From Akkermansia muciniphila (lineage in GTDB: Bacteria > Verrucomicrobiota > Verrucomicrobiia > Limisphaerales > JADLHS01), in assembly GCA_945882065.1 (NCBI GenBank), contig CAMCWI010000002.1:1-52891 (forward strand): a stretch of 52,891 nt of DNA. Reading direction: 5' to 3'. Below the pieces are notes generated by a model. The model was not told the DNA's origin. It saw nothing but the letters and a program-made list of their open reading frames with translations, and ran no database searches. Numbering within the stretch: the stretch's first letter is position 1; the number at the start of each line of letters is the position of its first letter. Of the stretch, positions 9,464 through 18,432 are shown one piece after another. The position numbers and the translations under genes were made by a program.

Positions 9464-10174
9464 TCAATCCTGCGTGATGGCGCGCATCTCGGCTTCGAGT
9501 TGCTGGCGCAGCGTTTCACGTTCGGCTTCGGTGGCTTCACGCGGCACTCGCATGACTTTGCCCGTGGTGATGTCGCACCGCGCGAACGGCAGCGGAATTT
9601 GAAACCGATCCCAACTTTTCAGCCGGATTTTCCAGTTCAACCGATACGCCGCAGGAACAATCGTCAGACCCGTGAGTTGTGCCGTGGCGATCACGCCCTC
9701 TCGCACGGTGTAGCACGGCCCGCGTGGACCGTCTGGCGTGATGGCGAGGTCGTAGCCGCGTTCGCCCCAGCCGACCAGTTCCCGCAATGCCTGAGCACCG
9801 CGACGCGATGACGAACCACGCACCGGCTCGACGTTGAACAGCTCCAACACCCGCGCCAGCAAGCCGCCGTCTTTGCTCGCGCTCACGAGCCCGGCAAGCT
9901 TGCGCTCCGGTTGGTAGCAACGAACAAAGCGTTCATACATCATCAAACCCAACGCGAGACGATTATGCCAGACAGCGAAGATGATCGCTTCCTTCGGTAC
10001 GCCGGAAAAATAGCCTGAGCGATCATCCAGCCGGAAACGGATCGTTGCAGCTATGCAGCGGACGATAATCCAGATCAATCGCGCGGCCAGCCGCTGATGC
10101 CATTTGGCGCGATGCGGCACAACCACGCCAGATTTCTGTGGCTGAGTTTTGGCGGCTGAAATCTGGGATGACAT
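9464..10174 (-). CDS. DUF374 / lysophospholipid-acyltransferase-like protein
   Basis: ORF 9464..10228. The ATG at 10174 avoids overlap with ruvA. Family-typical blocks are FAVWHNRL, SASKDGGLLARVLE..GVEPVRGSSSRRG and AITPDGPRGP. Confidence 0.8.
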   Translation of the reverse strand: MSSQISAAKTQPQKSGVVVPHRAKWHQRLAARLIWIIVRCIAATIRFRLDDRSGYFSGVPKEAIIFAVWHNRLALGLMMYERFVRCYQPERKLAGLVSASKDGGLLARVLELFNVEPVRGSSSRRGAQALRELVGWGERGYDLAITPDGPRGPCYTVREGVIATAQLTGLTIVPAAYRLNWKIRLKSWDRFQIPLPFARCDITTGKVMRVPREATEAERETLRQQLEAEMRAITQD

Positions 10175-10175
10175 G

Positions 10176-10778
10176 TTAGCCTTTTTTAAGCGCAGCACGG
10201 ACGAGTTCTTCCACGCCAGCCTTTTCACCCAGCATCGCCTGTGCAGCCCTGACGGATTCGTGCGCGTCCGGTTGCTTGAAACCCAACGCCATCAACGCCA
10301 GTACCGCGTCGTTCACCTTTTGATCGGAAGCGGAGAGCGACCGCGCCGCGCTTGTAGCCTCCCACGCGCCAGCCGCGCCAACCTTGTCGCGCAACTCCAC
10401 GACAATGCGCTCGGCAGTTTTCTTGCCGACACCGGAGATTTGCGAGAGTGATTTGACATCGCCACTGGCAACTGCGCCACGGAACGAGACGGCGTTCATT
10501 CCGCTCAAAATGTTCAGCGCGGTCTTCGGGCCGATGCCGCTGACGTTGTTGATCAACATGCGGAACAACTCGCGCTCTGGCACGGTCATGAAGCCATAAA
10601 GTATATGCGCGTCCTCGCGCACGACAAGGTGTGTGAGGATTGTCACCTCGCCGCCAGGTTGTGGGAGTTTGTCGAAAGACGACAGCGGGATCAGCACGTC
10701 ATAGCCGACGCCGTTCACGTTCACAGTGACTGACGTGGGCAATGCGTCAACGAGTTTGCCTTGGAGAAATGAAATCAT
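10176..10778 (-). CDS. ruvA: Holliday junction DNA helicase subunit RuvA
   Basis: ATG at 10778 gives MISFLQGKLVDALPTSVTVNVNGVGYDVLIP. HhH motifs are present (ISGIGPKTALNIL, ISGVGKKTAERIV). Confidence 0.92.
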   Translation of the reverse strand: MISFLQGKLVDALPTSVTVNVNGVGYDVLIPLSSFDKLPQPGGEVTILTHLVVREDAHILYGFMTVPERELFRMLINNVSGIGPKTALNILSGMNAVSFRGAVASGDVKSLSQISGVGKKTAERIVVELRDKVGAAGAWEATSAARSLSASDQKVNDAVLALMALGFKQPDAHESVRAAQAMLGEKAGVEELVRAALKKG

Positions 10779-10811
10779 AAACAAACGCAACCGAACGCGA
10801 ACGAGAACAAT

Positions 10812-10970
10812 TTGGAGTGCGGTGACGTGTCGCCGCTTTCACCGTTTCGACGACTTGTCGCCAAAGCAGAGCCGCTCAGAGCGGCTCGCCGAACAATAAA
10901 GACGCCATTCTCATGCTTAACGGCAACAAGTCGCCTGCCAAAAGCGCGGACAAGTCCAAACACTCCAAAG
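10812..10970. repeat. Cluster of short palindromic (REP-like) units in the ruvA-ruvC spacer
   Basis: The cluster is bracketed by TTGGAGTG (10812) and CACTCCAA (10961). Inside are GCGGTGACGTGTCGCCGC (10819-10836), GAGCCGC-TCAGA-GCGGCTC (10870-10888), CGGCAACAAGTCGCC and GCGCGGACAAGTCC. In translation these give the ECGDVSPL / GDTSPHSK type strings that I recall as common in PVC/Acidobacteria repeats. Confidence 0.6.
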
Positions 10971-11021
10971 TCTGTGACTGCGGTACAAATCGCGTTTGGT
11001 CTATTCGTCTTCATTCGTGGT

Positions 11022-11639
11022 TCAAATCTGTTTTGCCGCGCTCAGACTGTAACGGCTGCGCTCCTGTGTTTGCCCCTGCACCAGCGCCAGCGCCAGCGCA
11101 TCAGCCGCATCGGGACCGGGCAGTTCGGCCAGTTGCAAGAAGCGTTGCACCATCTTCGCCACCGCCAGCTTTTGCGCTGCGCCGTAGCCCACGATGGCCT
11201 GCTTCACCTTGCGCGGTGCGATCTCGTAAATCTCCAAACCAGCCTCGCCGATGACCGCCAGCGCCGCACCGCGCGCTTCGCCCATGATGATGGCGGTCTT
11301 GATGTTTTGCGCGAAGAACAATCCCTCCACCGCGCAGACCGTGGGTTGAAATTTTTTTAACACATCGCGCAGCGTCTGCGAGATGTGCGCCAGACAACGC
11401 GAGTGCGGCCAGTCCTTCGGGCAGGAAATCGTGCCGTGCGCCAGCGTGCGAGGAAATGGTTTCGCTAGTTCAATCACGCCATAGCCTGTGCCGCGCAACG
11501 AAGGATCAACGCCGAGAATGATTTTATGCGTGCTGACTGGTGAAGAGGGCAAAGGGTCAACACCTCTCCCCACCGCACGCGTTTTGCGTCCACTGACGCG
11601 CGCGTTCATTTCGTTGAATTGCTGGAGTGTGATGCCCAC
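11022..11639 (-). CDS. ruvC: Crossover junction endodeoxyribonuclease RuvC
   Basis: Contains ILGVDPSLRGTGYGVIE (catalytic Asp), ...AVEGLFFAQN... and DAADALALA. The N-terminus is ~35 aa longer than typical RuvC, so the true start may be internal (ATG at codon 11 or GTG at codon 23). Confidence 0.86.
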   Translation of the reverse strand: MGITLQQFNEMNARVSGRKTRAVGRGVDPLPSSPVSTHKIILGVDPSLRGTGYGVIELAKPFPRTLAHGTISCPKDWPHSRCLAHISQTLRDVLKKFQPTVCAVEGLFFAQNIKTAIIMGEARGAALAVIGEAGLEIYEIAPRKVKQAIVGYGAAQKLAVAKMVQRFLQLAELPGPDAADALALALVQGQTQERSRYSLSAAKQI

Positions 11640-11796
11640 ACACGCACGATGCCAACGAATCGGTTTTCACAAAAGCAGAAAACAGGGCGACACCAAGCCA
11701 TAACCAAGATTCATCCCCTTTGGGGTTGTGGATCGGTGAAGCAACGCTGGTTTTATCCGCTCTTTCGCAGATTCTATTTCCGAACGGCATTACTCC

Positions 11797-12588
11797 TTAA
11801 CCACCGGCACAACTCTCCCCTGCCGTGATCCGCTTCACCACCTGCCCCGCTGCTGCGAAGCCAAATGCACCCGTCACGAAACACGCCGTGCCGTAGCCGG
11901 TGCGGCAATCCAAGCGCAAGCGCTCGCCGGGCGGTTTCACGTCACATATCGTTCCATCGCCCGCTGGATATACCTGCGGTTCTGGTGAGAACACGCAATC
12001 CACGCCGAACGGTTGTTGCAGATCGCGCGGGAAATTGTGTTCTGTACGCAGTAACTTCCGCAAGTTCACCAGCAGTCCGCAATGCGTCGCCTGTGCCAAA
12101 TCCGCCACGCGCAACGCTGTTGGATCACGCCGCCCGCCCGCGCCGCCGGTAGTCACCACGGGGATTTTTTTTGCGCGACACATTGCGATAAGTAACGCCT
12201 TCATCTCCCGCGAATCAATCGCATCCAACACCGCGTCATAACCAGGCGCGAGCAATTGCTCCGCAGTGGTCGCCGTGAAAAAGATTTGTTCCGCGCGCAC
12301 CTTGCAATCGGGATTGATAAGTTGCACGCGCTCGGCCATCGCTTCCACCTTGGGTTTGCCGAACGTGCCAGTGGCGGCGTGAATCTGGCGGTTCACATTG
12401 CTGATGCAGACATCGTCCATGTCCACGAGCGTGAGTTTGCCGACCCCCGATCTCGCCAATGCCTCGACCGCCCATGACCCAACGCCGCCAATGCCTACCA
12501 CGCAAACATGCGCGCGACGCAGTCGTTCCTGACCGTCTGAGCCGTACAATCTGAGAATCCCGCCGAATCTTGCTTCGTGATTTGTCAT
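11797..12588 (-). CDS. tcdA: tRNA threonylcarbamoyladenosine dehydratase (ThiF/MoeB-like E1 fold)
   Basis: ORF 11797..12822. ATG at 12588 gives MTNHEARFGGILRLYG..., followed by the Rossmann motif VCVVGIGGVGSWAVEALARSGVGKLTLVDMDDVCISNVNRQ. Confidence 0.85.
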   Translation of the reverse strand: MTNHEARFGGILRLYGSDGQERLRRAHVCVVGIGGVGSWAVEALARSGVGKLTLVDMDDVCISNVNRQIHAATGTFGKPKVEAMAERVQLINPDCKVRAEQIFFTATTAEQLLAPGYDAVLDAIDSREMKALLIAMCRAKKIPVVTTGGAGGRRDPTALRVADLAQATHCGLLVNLRKLLRTEHNFPRDLQQPFGVDCVFSPEPQVYPAGDGTICDVKPPGERLRLDCRTGYGTACFVTGAFGFAAAGQVVKRITAGESCAGG

Positions 12589-12717
12589 CCGCAGCTTGGT
12601 GATAGCCAGTGTGGAGGTTTTTCTCAAGCCAAGACGTAAATTCCAACGGGACCGCCCAAAGCCGCCGCATCCAATATCTTTCTCCGCATCGCGATGCGTT
12701 TTCTTTAACCTGCTCGC

Positions 12718-13746
12718 GTGAAAGCCATTCAACTCATCGCTCACGGTTCGCCCGGGAAATTTGAACTTCGCACGTTGGACAATCCAACGCCCGCACCCGA
12801 TGAAGTCGTCGTCCGCGTCCATTCATGCGGATTAAATCATCTCGATCTCTGGCTTGAATCCGCTGGCTTGCCCATCCAAGTTCCGCTCCCTCGCACGCCC
12901 GGCGGCGAGATCGCCGGACGCATCGAGCAACTCGGTAGCGCGGTGACGAATTGGAAAGTCGGTGACGCTGTGGCCGTGCAATCCAATCTCTTTTGCGGTG
13001 AGTGTGAATTCTGTCAGCACGGTGAGGAATCTGTTTGTCTGCGTGGCGAACTTCTCGGTGTCTCCCGCGATGGCGGCTTTGCGGAGCTCGTCGCCGTTCC
13101 CGCACGCGCGCTGGTGAAGATTCCTGCCGGACTTGATTTCAATTCCTCTGCTGCGCTAACACTGGCGGGCAGCACCGCCATGCACATGCTCACGAATCGC
13201 GCGCAAGTTCGGGCTGGCGATTGGGTTCTCGTGATGGGCGGCGCGAGCGGCGTGGGTTCGGCGGCCATCCAGATTGCCAAACAACTTGGCGCGCACGTCA
13301 TCAGCACGGGTTCAACTGAACCCAAGCGTCAACTCGCATTTCAACTCGGCGCGGAATACGTCGTGGATTCTTCCGATGCGAACTGGCCCGCCGCCATCCG
13401 CAAGATCACCAACCGACGCGGTGTTGACCTCGTCGTCGAACATGTCGGCGGCGATGTACTGGTGAAATGCTTTGATTGCCTCGCGCGAAACGGAACCATC
13501 GTGACCTGCGGCGCGACGGCTGGCCGCGAGGTGAGGTTGAATCTGTGGCCGATCTTCGTGAAGCAACAGCGGCTCATCGGCAGCTATGGACGCAACCGCG
13601 CCGACATCCAAGCCACACTCGAATGGGCCGCCGCCGGGAAGATCGCGCCAGTGATAGACTTTATTTATCCACTTGCCGAAGCACCTGCTGCGTTTGAAAA
13701 GCTTCGCAGCCGCATGGTTCTTGGAAAACTGCTGGTAAATCCGTGA
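12718..13746 (+). CDS. Zinc-type alcohol dehydrogenase / MDR-family oxidoreductase
   Basis: GTG start. Contains HSCGLNHLD, GGEIAGRI and a structural-zinc Cys cluster (CGECEFCQHGEESVC). The NAD fold is VMGGASGVGSAAIQIAK. Confidence 0.85.
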   Translation: MKAIQLIAHGSPGKFELRTLDNPTPAPDEVVVRVHSCGLNHLDLWLESAGLPIQVPLPRTPGGEIAGRIEQLGSAVTNWKVGDAVAVQSNLFCGECEFCQHGEESVCLRGELLGVSRDGGFAELVAVPARALVKIPAGLDFNSSAALTLAGSTAMHMLTNRAQVRAGDWVLVMGGASGVGSAAIQIAKQLGAHVISTGSTEPKRQLAFQLGAEYVVDSSDANWPAAIRKITNRRGVDLVVEHVGGDVLVKCFDCLARNGTIVTCGATAGREVRLNLWPIFVKQQRLIGSYGRNRADIQATLEWAAAGKIAPVIDFIYPLAEAPAAFEKLRSRMVLGKLLVNP

Positions 13747-13803
13747 GGTGTCCGCTCGAAGAAAAAAGTTGTCTCGCCGCGTCTGCGAGGGCATTAAGCC
13801 AGC

Positions 13804-14169
13804 ATGAATTACTACATCGCGGCCATCATCGGGCTTGTCAGCGGCGTGACCAGTGGACTTTTTGGCGTAGGCGGCGGCATCATCATGGTGCCTGCCATGG
13901 TTTATTTTCTCAGCCCACCGGTGCGCGACATCAAGCAAGCCATCGGCACATCTCTCGTCATCATCATCCCCACGGCGATCATGGGTTCGTACAAACATTA
14001 CACGCAGGCGAACATCGAATGGCGCACGGTGCTGGCAATCGCGCCGATGGCCGTGGCGGGAAGTTATTTCGGCGCATGGCTTACGACGCAGGTTCACGCG
14101 GATAATCTGAAGCGTGGCTTTGGCGGATTCATCATTCTCGTGGGCGTGAAACTTCTCATGGGCAAGTGA
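13804..14169 (+). CDS. Half-size TauE/SafE (TSUP, DUF81) family membrane protein
   Basis: 121 aa with 4 predicted TM segments. GLVSGVTSGLFGVGGGIIMVPAMV is the family's N-terminal signature. Only one of the usual two 4-TM repeats is present. Confidence 0.72.
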   Translation: MNYYIAAIIGLVSGVTSGLFGVGGGIIMVPAMVYFLSPPVRDIKQAIGTSLVIIIPTAIMGSYKHYTQANIEWRTVLAIAPMAVAGSYFGAWLTTQVHADNLKRGFGGFIILVGVKLLMGK

Positions 14170-14269
14170 CTGATCTCATACAAACTGACTTCCAGAAATC
14201 CTTATAAACTACAGAACCTGTCTAAAAGCTCGAATTCACATCTTTGCCCGAGAAAGCCAGCACCGCACG

Positions 14270-14560
14270 TTGTCGGTTGTATTTTTCAAGCTGGCACTGT
14301 TCGGTTTCATTGCGCTGGCATCTGCGTTACCTGTCGTGGCAGAGACGAACATTGCATCGGCTTCGGCTGCGCCAATGGTGCTTACCACGCAGCAGGATCA
14401 TCGGAAGATGATGGATTTGCTCGGAATGACTTCTGGAAAGCAAACGGCTAATGCGAAGCCGCTCACGGCCCAGTCATTTTCCGATAAGGTGAAGCTGCTC
14501 GAAAAACTTCACGACCGCAGCCGCGCTATTGCTTCCAGTCCGCTGCGTCAGGCGCGGTGA
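14270..14560 (+). CDS. Small hypothetical secreted protein (possibly a gene fragment)
   Basis: TTG start with a signal-like FKLALFGFIALASALPVVA. There are no recognisable domains, and it sits beside a decayed region. Confidence 0.3.
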   Translation: MSVVFFKLALFGFIALASALPVVAETNIASASAAPMVLTTQQDHRKMMDLLGMTSGKQTANAKPLTAQSFSDKVKLLEKLHDRSRAIASSPLRQAR

Positions 14561-14573
14561 ACCGCTAACCCTG

Positions 14574-15347
14574 TCATTGAGCGCGCCCGACGAGTTGCGG
14601 CTGCTTGGTCTGGCCGAGGCCGACGTTGGTTTCTGAATCGTAAAGCAAATGCTCTCCCGATAATTGCAGCTTGGCGGTGATGACGAACGGCGTTTTGTAG
14701 AAACAAAACTTCGCGCTGCAAGTGCCGTCCGCCGTCCACGCGCCGCTGATCGCCACGGGCTGCTCCGCCTGCGCCGCGTAAGTCATCCGCCCTTTCTTCC
14801 ACTCGCTTTTGCCACAGCAAACAACACGCTGCTCGACGCCATTGCAACGCATCGCCAGCGATACTTCGCCGTTCCCGCCGAGTTCCAGCGCAACGACTTC
14901 AAGATCGAGATCGTTGGTCGCAAACGTAAATCGCTGGCCGGATGATTGTGCAAAAGCTCGGGGCGAACCTGAACTTTGAGGCGGACGCACGGTCAGACTT
15001 GCGAGCTTGGCTTCGAGTTTCTTGTGCGCCGCCTTGTCAGCTTTCAACCGCTTCGGCTGCATGGCGGGAAGAAGTTTGTCCCAAACCAGATTCATCACGC
15101 CTTGCATATTGCGCGTGCCGCAGGTCATCGCGATCACCGCGTCCTGATCTTCCATCACGATGCAAAATTGTCCGAATGCGCCGTCGCCGCGATAGAGTCC
15201 GTTGCGACAACGCCAGAACTGGTAGCCTTAGCCTTGACCCCAATCGCTGTTCGGGTTGCTGCCGTTGGAAACCTGGCGCGCGGTTGCATTTTCAATCCAC
15301 GTCGCCGGGACAAGTTGTTTTCCATTCCACTGACCTTTCTGCAACTA
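14574..15347 (-). pseudogene. Serine hydrolase (beta-lactamase-related) C-terminal fragment with in-frame stops
   Basis: I extended ORF 14574..15158 upstream in the same frame. It reads ...RKFGQL*LQKGQWNGKQLVPATWIENATARQVSNGSNPNSDWGQG*GYQFWRCRNGLYRGDGAFGQFCIVMEDQDAVIAMT. A TAG (15345-15347) and a TAA (15228-15230) interrupt otherwise family-typical sequence. The N-terminal two thirds, including the SxxK motif, is missing. Confidence 0.7.
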
Positions 15348-15359
15348 CAACTGCCCAAA

Positions 15360-15582
15360 CTTCCTGTTGCTCGACGGGCGCGAGCAATTTGACCTCGGCC
15401 AGCGCCACGCGCCGCAGATCGCTTTGGCTGATTTGGTATAGTTCCGCAAGCGGGTCATCGCTTTCAAGCAGCGGTTGCAGGCGGGTGATCCCTGCCGGAC
15501 TCAGATCGAGCAACTCAGAACCACCCGTCACCAGCCCAATGCGGACGACATTTTGTTTGTCTTTGAACCGGCAAATTTTCAT
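15360..15582 (-). pseudogene. N-terminal stub of a fumarylacetoacetate-hydrolase (FAH) family protein
   Basis: MKICRFKDKQNVVRIGLVTGGSELLDLS...VKLLAPVEQQEVWA matches the N-terminal domain pattern of FAH-family hydratases/dehydratases. The reading then runs out of frame into the serine-hydrolase fragment, and the catalytic domain is absent. Confidence 0.5.
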
Positions 15583-15615
15583 AGGCACACGCTGCTGAAC
15601 TCTCGGTCTATAAAA

Positions 15616-16980
15616 TTACTTGGAACCCGTTTCTGAACGCGTCGGTTTGGAGGTTGAATTAGGCATCGCGAAAGCCAGCAGCCCCATGCTCAACAACGCG
15701 CCCCCAAGCAGGAGCATTGAGGCGACGTCGCTGCCCGTGCGGTCTTTGATGAGGCCAACGAGAGTCGGCCCAAAGAATCCACCCAGATTGCCTACGGAAT
15801 TGATGACAGCGATGCCGCCTGCTGCTGCCGTGCCGCTGAGGAACGCCGTGCCGATGGCCCAGAAGGGTCCGATCGTAGATTTGATCCCCGCAAAGGCCAG
15901 TGTAAGCGCGGCCATGGCGAGGTAAGGATTCTTGAAATACGCTGCCAGCCCGAAGCCGATAGCGGCACTGATGGCCGCAACGGCAACACATTTGCGACGT
16001 TCCCCGCTGCGATCTGCGTATTGCCCGACGAGAATCATTACTACTCCGGCGACGAAGTAAGGGATGATGTTGATCAATCCAACCATGTGATCGCTCTGTC
16101 CCGAGAATCCTTTCACGATGGTCGGCAACCACATCTCATAGCCATAACCCCCAACGTTCAACAAAAAATAAAGCATGCACAGCAGCCAGACATGCCGACT
16201 CGTGAAGACATCGCGCAGACTGTGGCGTTGACTCGAACTGGTGTTGGCCGCGTCCTCGGCCATGCGGTGTTGCATCCAGGCTTTTTCACGGTCGGAAAGC
16301 CAGCGCGCTTGCTGGGGATTGTTCGGCAAAATAAAAAAAATGACGATGCCCATCAGCACAGCGGGAATGGCTTCCAGCAAAAAAAGCCATTGCCATGCGG
16401 CCAGTCCTGCGACACCCCCCATTCCAAGGATTGCGCCGGAGACAGGCGAGCCGATTACACCCGCAGCGACACCGCCAAGAGTGAAGAGTGCGATGGTGCG
16501 GGCACGATCTTTGGCTGGATACCAGTAAGTGAGATAAAGAATGACTCCGGGGAAAAACCCCGCCTCAGCGACCCCGAGTAGGAAACGCATCACATAAAAC
16601 ATCGTGACGCTGTTAAGAAACATAAACGCCATGGAAACAAAGCCCCAGACGATCATGATTCGCGCAATCCACACCCGAGCTCCAACCCGATGGAGAATGA
16701 GATTGCTTGGCACTTCAAAAATAAAATATCCGATGAAGAAGAGGCCCGCCCCAAAACCATAGACGCTGCTGAAAACGCCCGGCTCAACACCCAGCACCTC
16801 GCGCAAATGCAGTTTGGCAAAGCCCACATTGATCCGGTCAATGTAAGCGATGATGTAGCAGAAGAAGAGCAACGGGAGCAGTCGCCAAGTGATTTTGGAT
16901 TGTGCAGCACGCTGCTCAACGTCGTTCAGATCAGCGGCGCTGCGGGAGATGTGGATAGCATCGCCAATCGGAGTATTCAT
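15616..16980 (-). CDS. MFS transporter, anion:cation symporter (ACS) type (sugar-acid transporter-like)
   Basis: ORF 15616..17091. ATG at 16980 gives MNTPIGD.... The block LLPLLFFCYIIAYIDRINVGFAKL is typical of ACS-family (galactonate/hexuronate-type) MFS proteins. It has 12 hydrophobic segments and appears intact. Confidence 0.87.
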   Translation of the reverse strand: MNTPIGDAIHISRSAADLNDVEQRAAQSKITWRLLPLLFFCYIIAYIDRINVGFAKLHLREVLGVEPGVFSSVYGFGAGLFFIGYFIFEVPSNLILHRVGARVWIARIMIVWGFVSMAFMFLNSVTMFYVMRFLLGVAEAGFFPGVILYLTYWYPAKDRARTIALFTLGGVAAGVIGSPVSGAILGMGGVAGLAAWQWLFLLEAIPAVLMGIVIFFILPNNPQQARWLSDREKAWMQHRMAEDAANTSSSQRHSLRDVFTSRHVWLLCMLYFLLNVGGYGYEMWLPTIVKGFSGQSDHMVGLINIIPYFVAGVVMILVGQYADRSGERRKCVAVAAISAAIGFGLAAYFKNPYLAMAALTLAFAGIKSTIGPFWAIGTAFLSGTAAAGGIAVINSVGNLGGFFGPTLVGLIKDRTGSDVASMLLLGGALLSMGLLAFAMPNSTSKPTRSETGSK

Positions 16981-17185
16981 GCGAGGCGCGAGCTTCAAGC
17001 AAGACGAAACCGGAAGCAACCGAAAACAATCCGCTTTCGCTTTTTCCGCCGTCATCTGTTTCAACGACGGGACTTTTTGGTGTCTCCTCACGATCGTATC
17101 TCAATCGCGAACAAACGAACTAGCAGTTTTCTTTTCCACCGGTGCCAGACCTGTTTCAATAAACGCATGAGTTCCATGCCACGAC

Positions 17186-18091
17186 GTGTTTGATTCCGCG
17201 ACGCCGGAGATTTACCAGATTCAAACACGCTCGAGTGGCCCGGCGGGAAGTCTGCCCATTACCGAAGAAATGTTGCTGCACAGTCCCAGTGGCGATCTGT
17301 TCGGCATGACGCAGAACGCAGGCATGGGCTGGAATCCCACCGAAGTCGGGCGCAAACAATTTCTCATCCTTAGCACCCAAGGCGGACGCCGCGCGCCCGA
17401 TGGCAAACCCATCGCGCTCGCCTATCACACCGGTCATTGGGAGATCGGTTTGCTTGTTCAAGCCGCCTCCGAAGAATTTCGTCGGCTGAAAACAATTCCG
17501 TTCGCGGGCTTCTGTTCTGTTCCGTGCGACGGTCGCACACAGGGAACAACCGGCATGTTCGATAGCCTTCCGTTTCGCAATGACGCCGCTGTGATCTTTC
17601 GGCGGCTCGCTCGGGAGTGCTCGGCATCGCGACGTGTGACAAAGGTTTGCCCGCGATGCTGATGGCGGTGGCAGGACTGCTCGATCTGCCATGCGTGGTC
17701 GTTCCTAGCGGAGTCACGCTGCCAGCGGCGGGCGCGGAAGACGCGGGCACGGTGCAAACGCTGGGTGCGTGTTACGCGCACGGATTGATGTCATTGCCCG
17801 AAGCCGCCGAGCTGGGTTGTCGCGCGTGCGGCTCGCCCGGCGGTGGCTGTCAATTCCTCGGCACGGCTGCGACATCGCAAGTTGTCGGCGAAGCACTGGG
17901 ACTTTCGCTGCCACACTCAGCACTCGCGCCATCGGGTCAACCGGTGTGGCTCGACATGGCCAAACGTTCCGCGCGCGCTACATCATCTCGATGAACGCAA
18001 ACTCAAAATGCGCGACGTGCTGACTTCGGCGAGCATTGAGAACGCGATGCTCGACGCTGGACGTGCAGCGCTGGCAAAGTCTGCAAGATAA
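17186..18091 (+). pseudogene. IlvD/Edd-family dehydratase (YjhG/YagF D-xylonate-dehydratase-like), frameshifted twice and 3'-truncated
   Basis: Three ORFs in alternating frames join into one homologue. They read (17186..17662) ...GMGWNP...[10 protein letters not shown]...[23 protein letters not shown], then (17617..17994) [12 protein letters not shown]...[37 protein letters not shown], then (17843..18091) ...MRDVLTSASIENAM. The sequence ends at roughly 45 percent of the expected ~650 aa. Confidence 0.8.
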
Positions 18092-18432
18092 AATGCTCCA
18101 TACCTCTCAGCAAAGATGGGCGTTAGCAAAGTAGGCGGAACGGACGGGTTGAAGAGGCACGAGGCCAATGACCGCCTCGCCCCGTCCCTCATCAAACCGG
18201 ACGGGCAGTTTTCTCGCATCCGGCTTTCCGAGGATTCTTCGACCTGAAAAGCATTTCGACATTGGTGTCATGGAATGAGCGTTATGGATTGGTTTCTTTT
18301 GTCGTATGGCGTGGCGGCGCGATTGATGGAGAAGAAACAGAGAGATCGTCCGCAACTTCTCCTCGCGGGCAAGAAGCAACCAGCGCGGATTGTCTCAGTG
18401 GAGTAGTGATCGCGCGGTATGCACGAGCCGTT

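Noticed and set aside
10995-11020. GGTTCAAATC string resembling a tRNA T-loop
   Set aside because: The flanking bases cannot form a T-stem or acceptor stem, so there is no tRNA-like cloverleaf. I found no convincing tRNA anywhere in the window.
10812-11360. 182-aa plus-strand ORF starting in the ruvA-ruvC spacer
   Set aside because: It begins inside the palindromic repeat cluster (MECGDVSPLSPF..., a translation artefact of the repeats) and continues antisense to ruvC.
15292-15588. 98-aa ORF taken at face value as an intact small gene
   Set aside because: Only the first ~70 codons are FAH-like. The C-terminal part (VVVAERSVEWKTTCPGDVD) is an out-of-frame read of the serine-hydrolase fragment, so it is annotated as a pseudogene stub instead.
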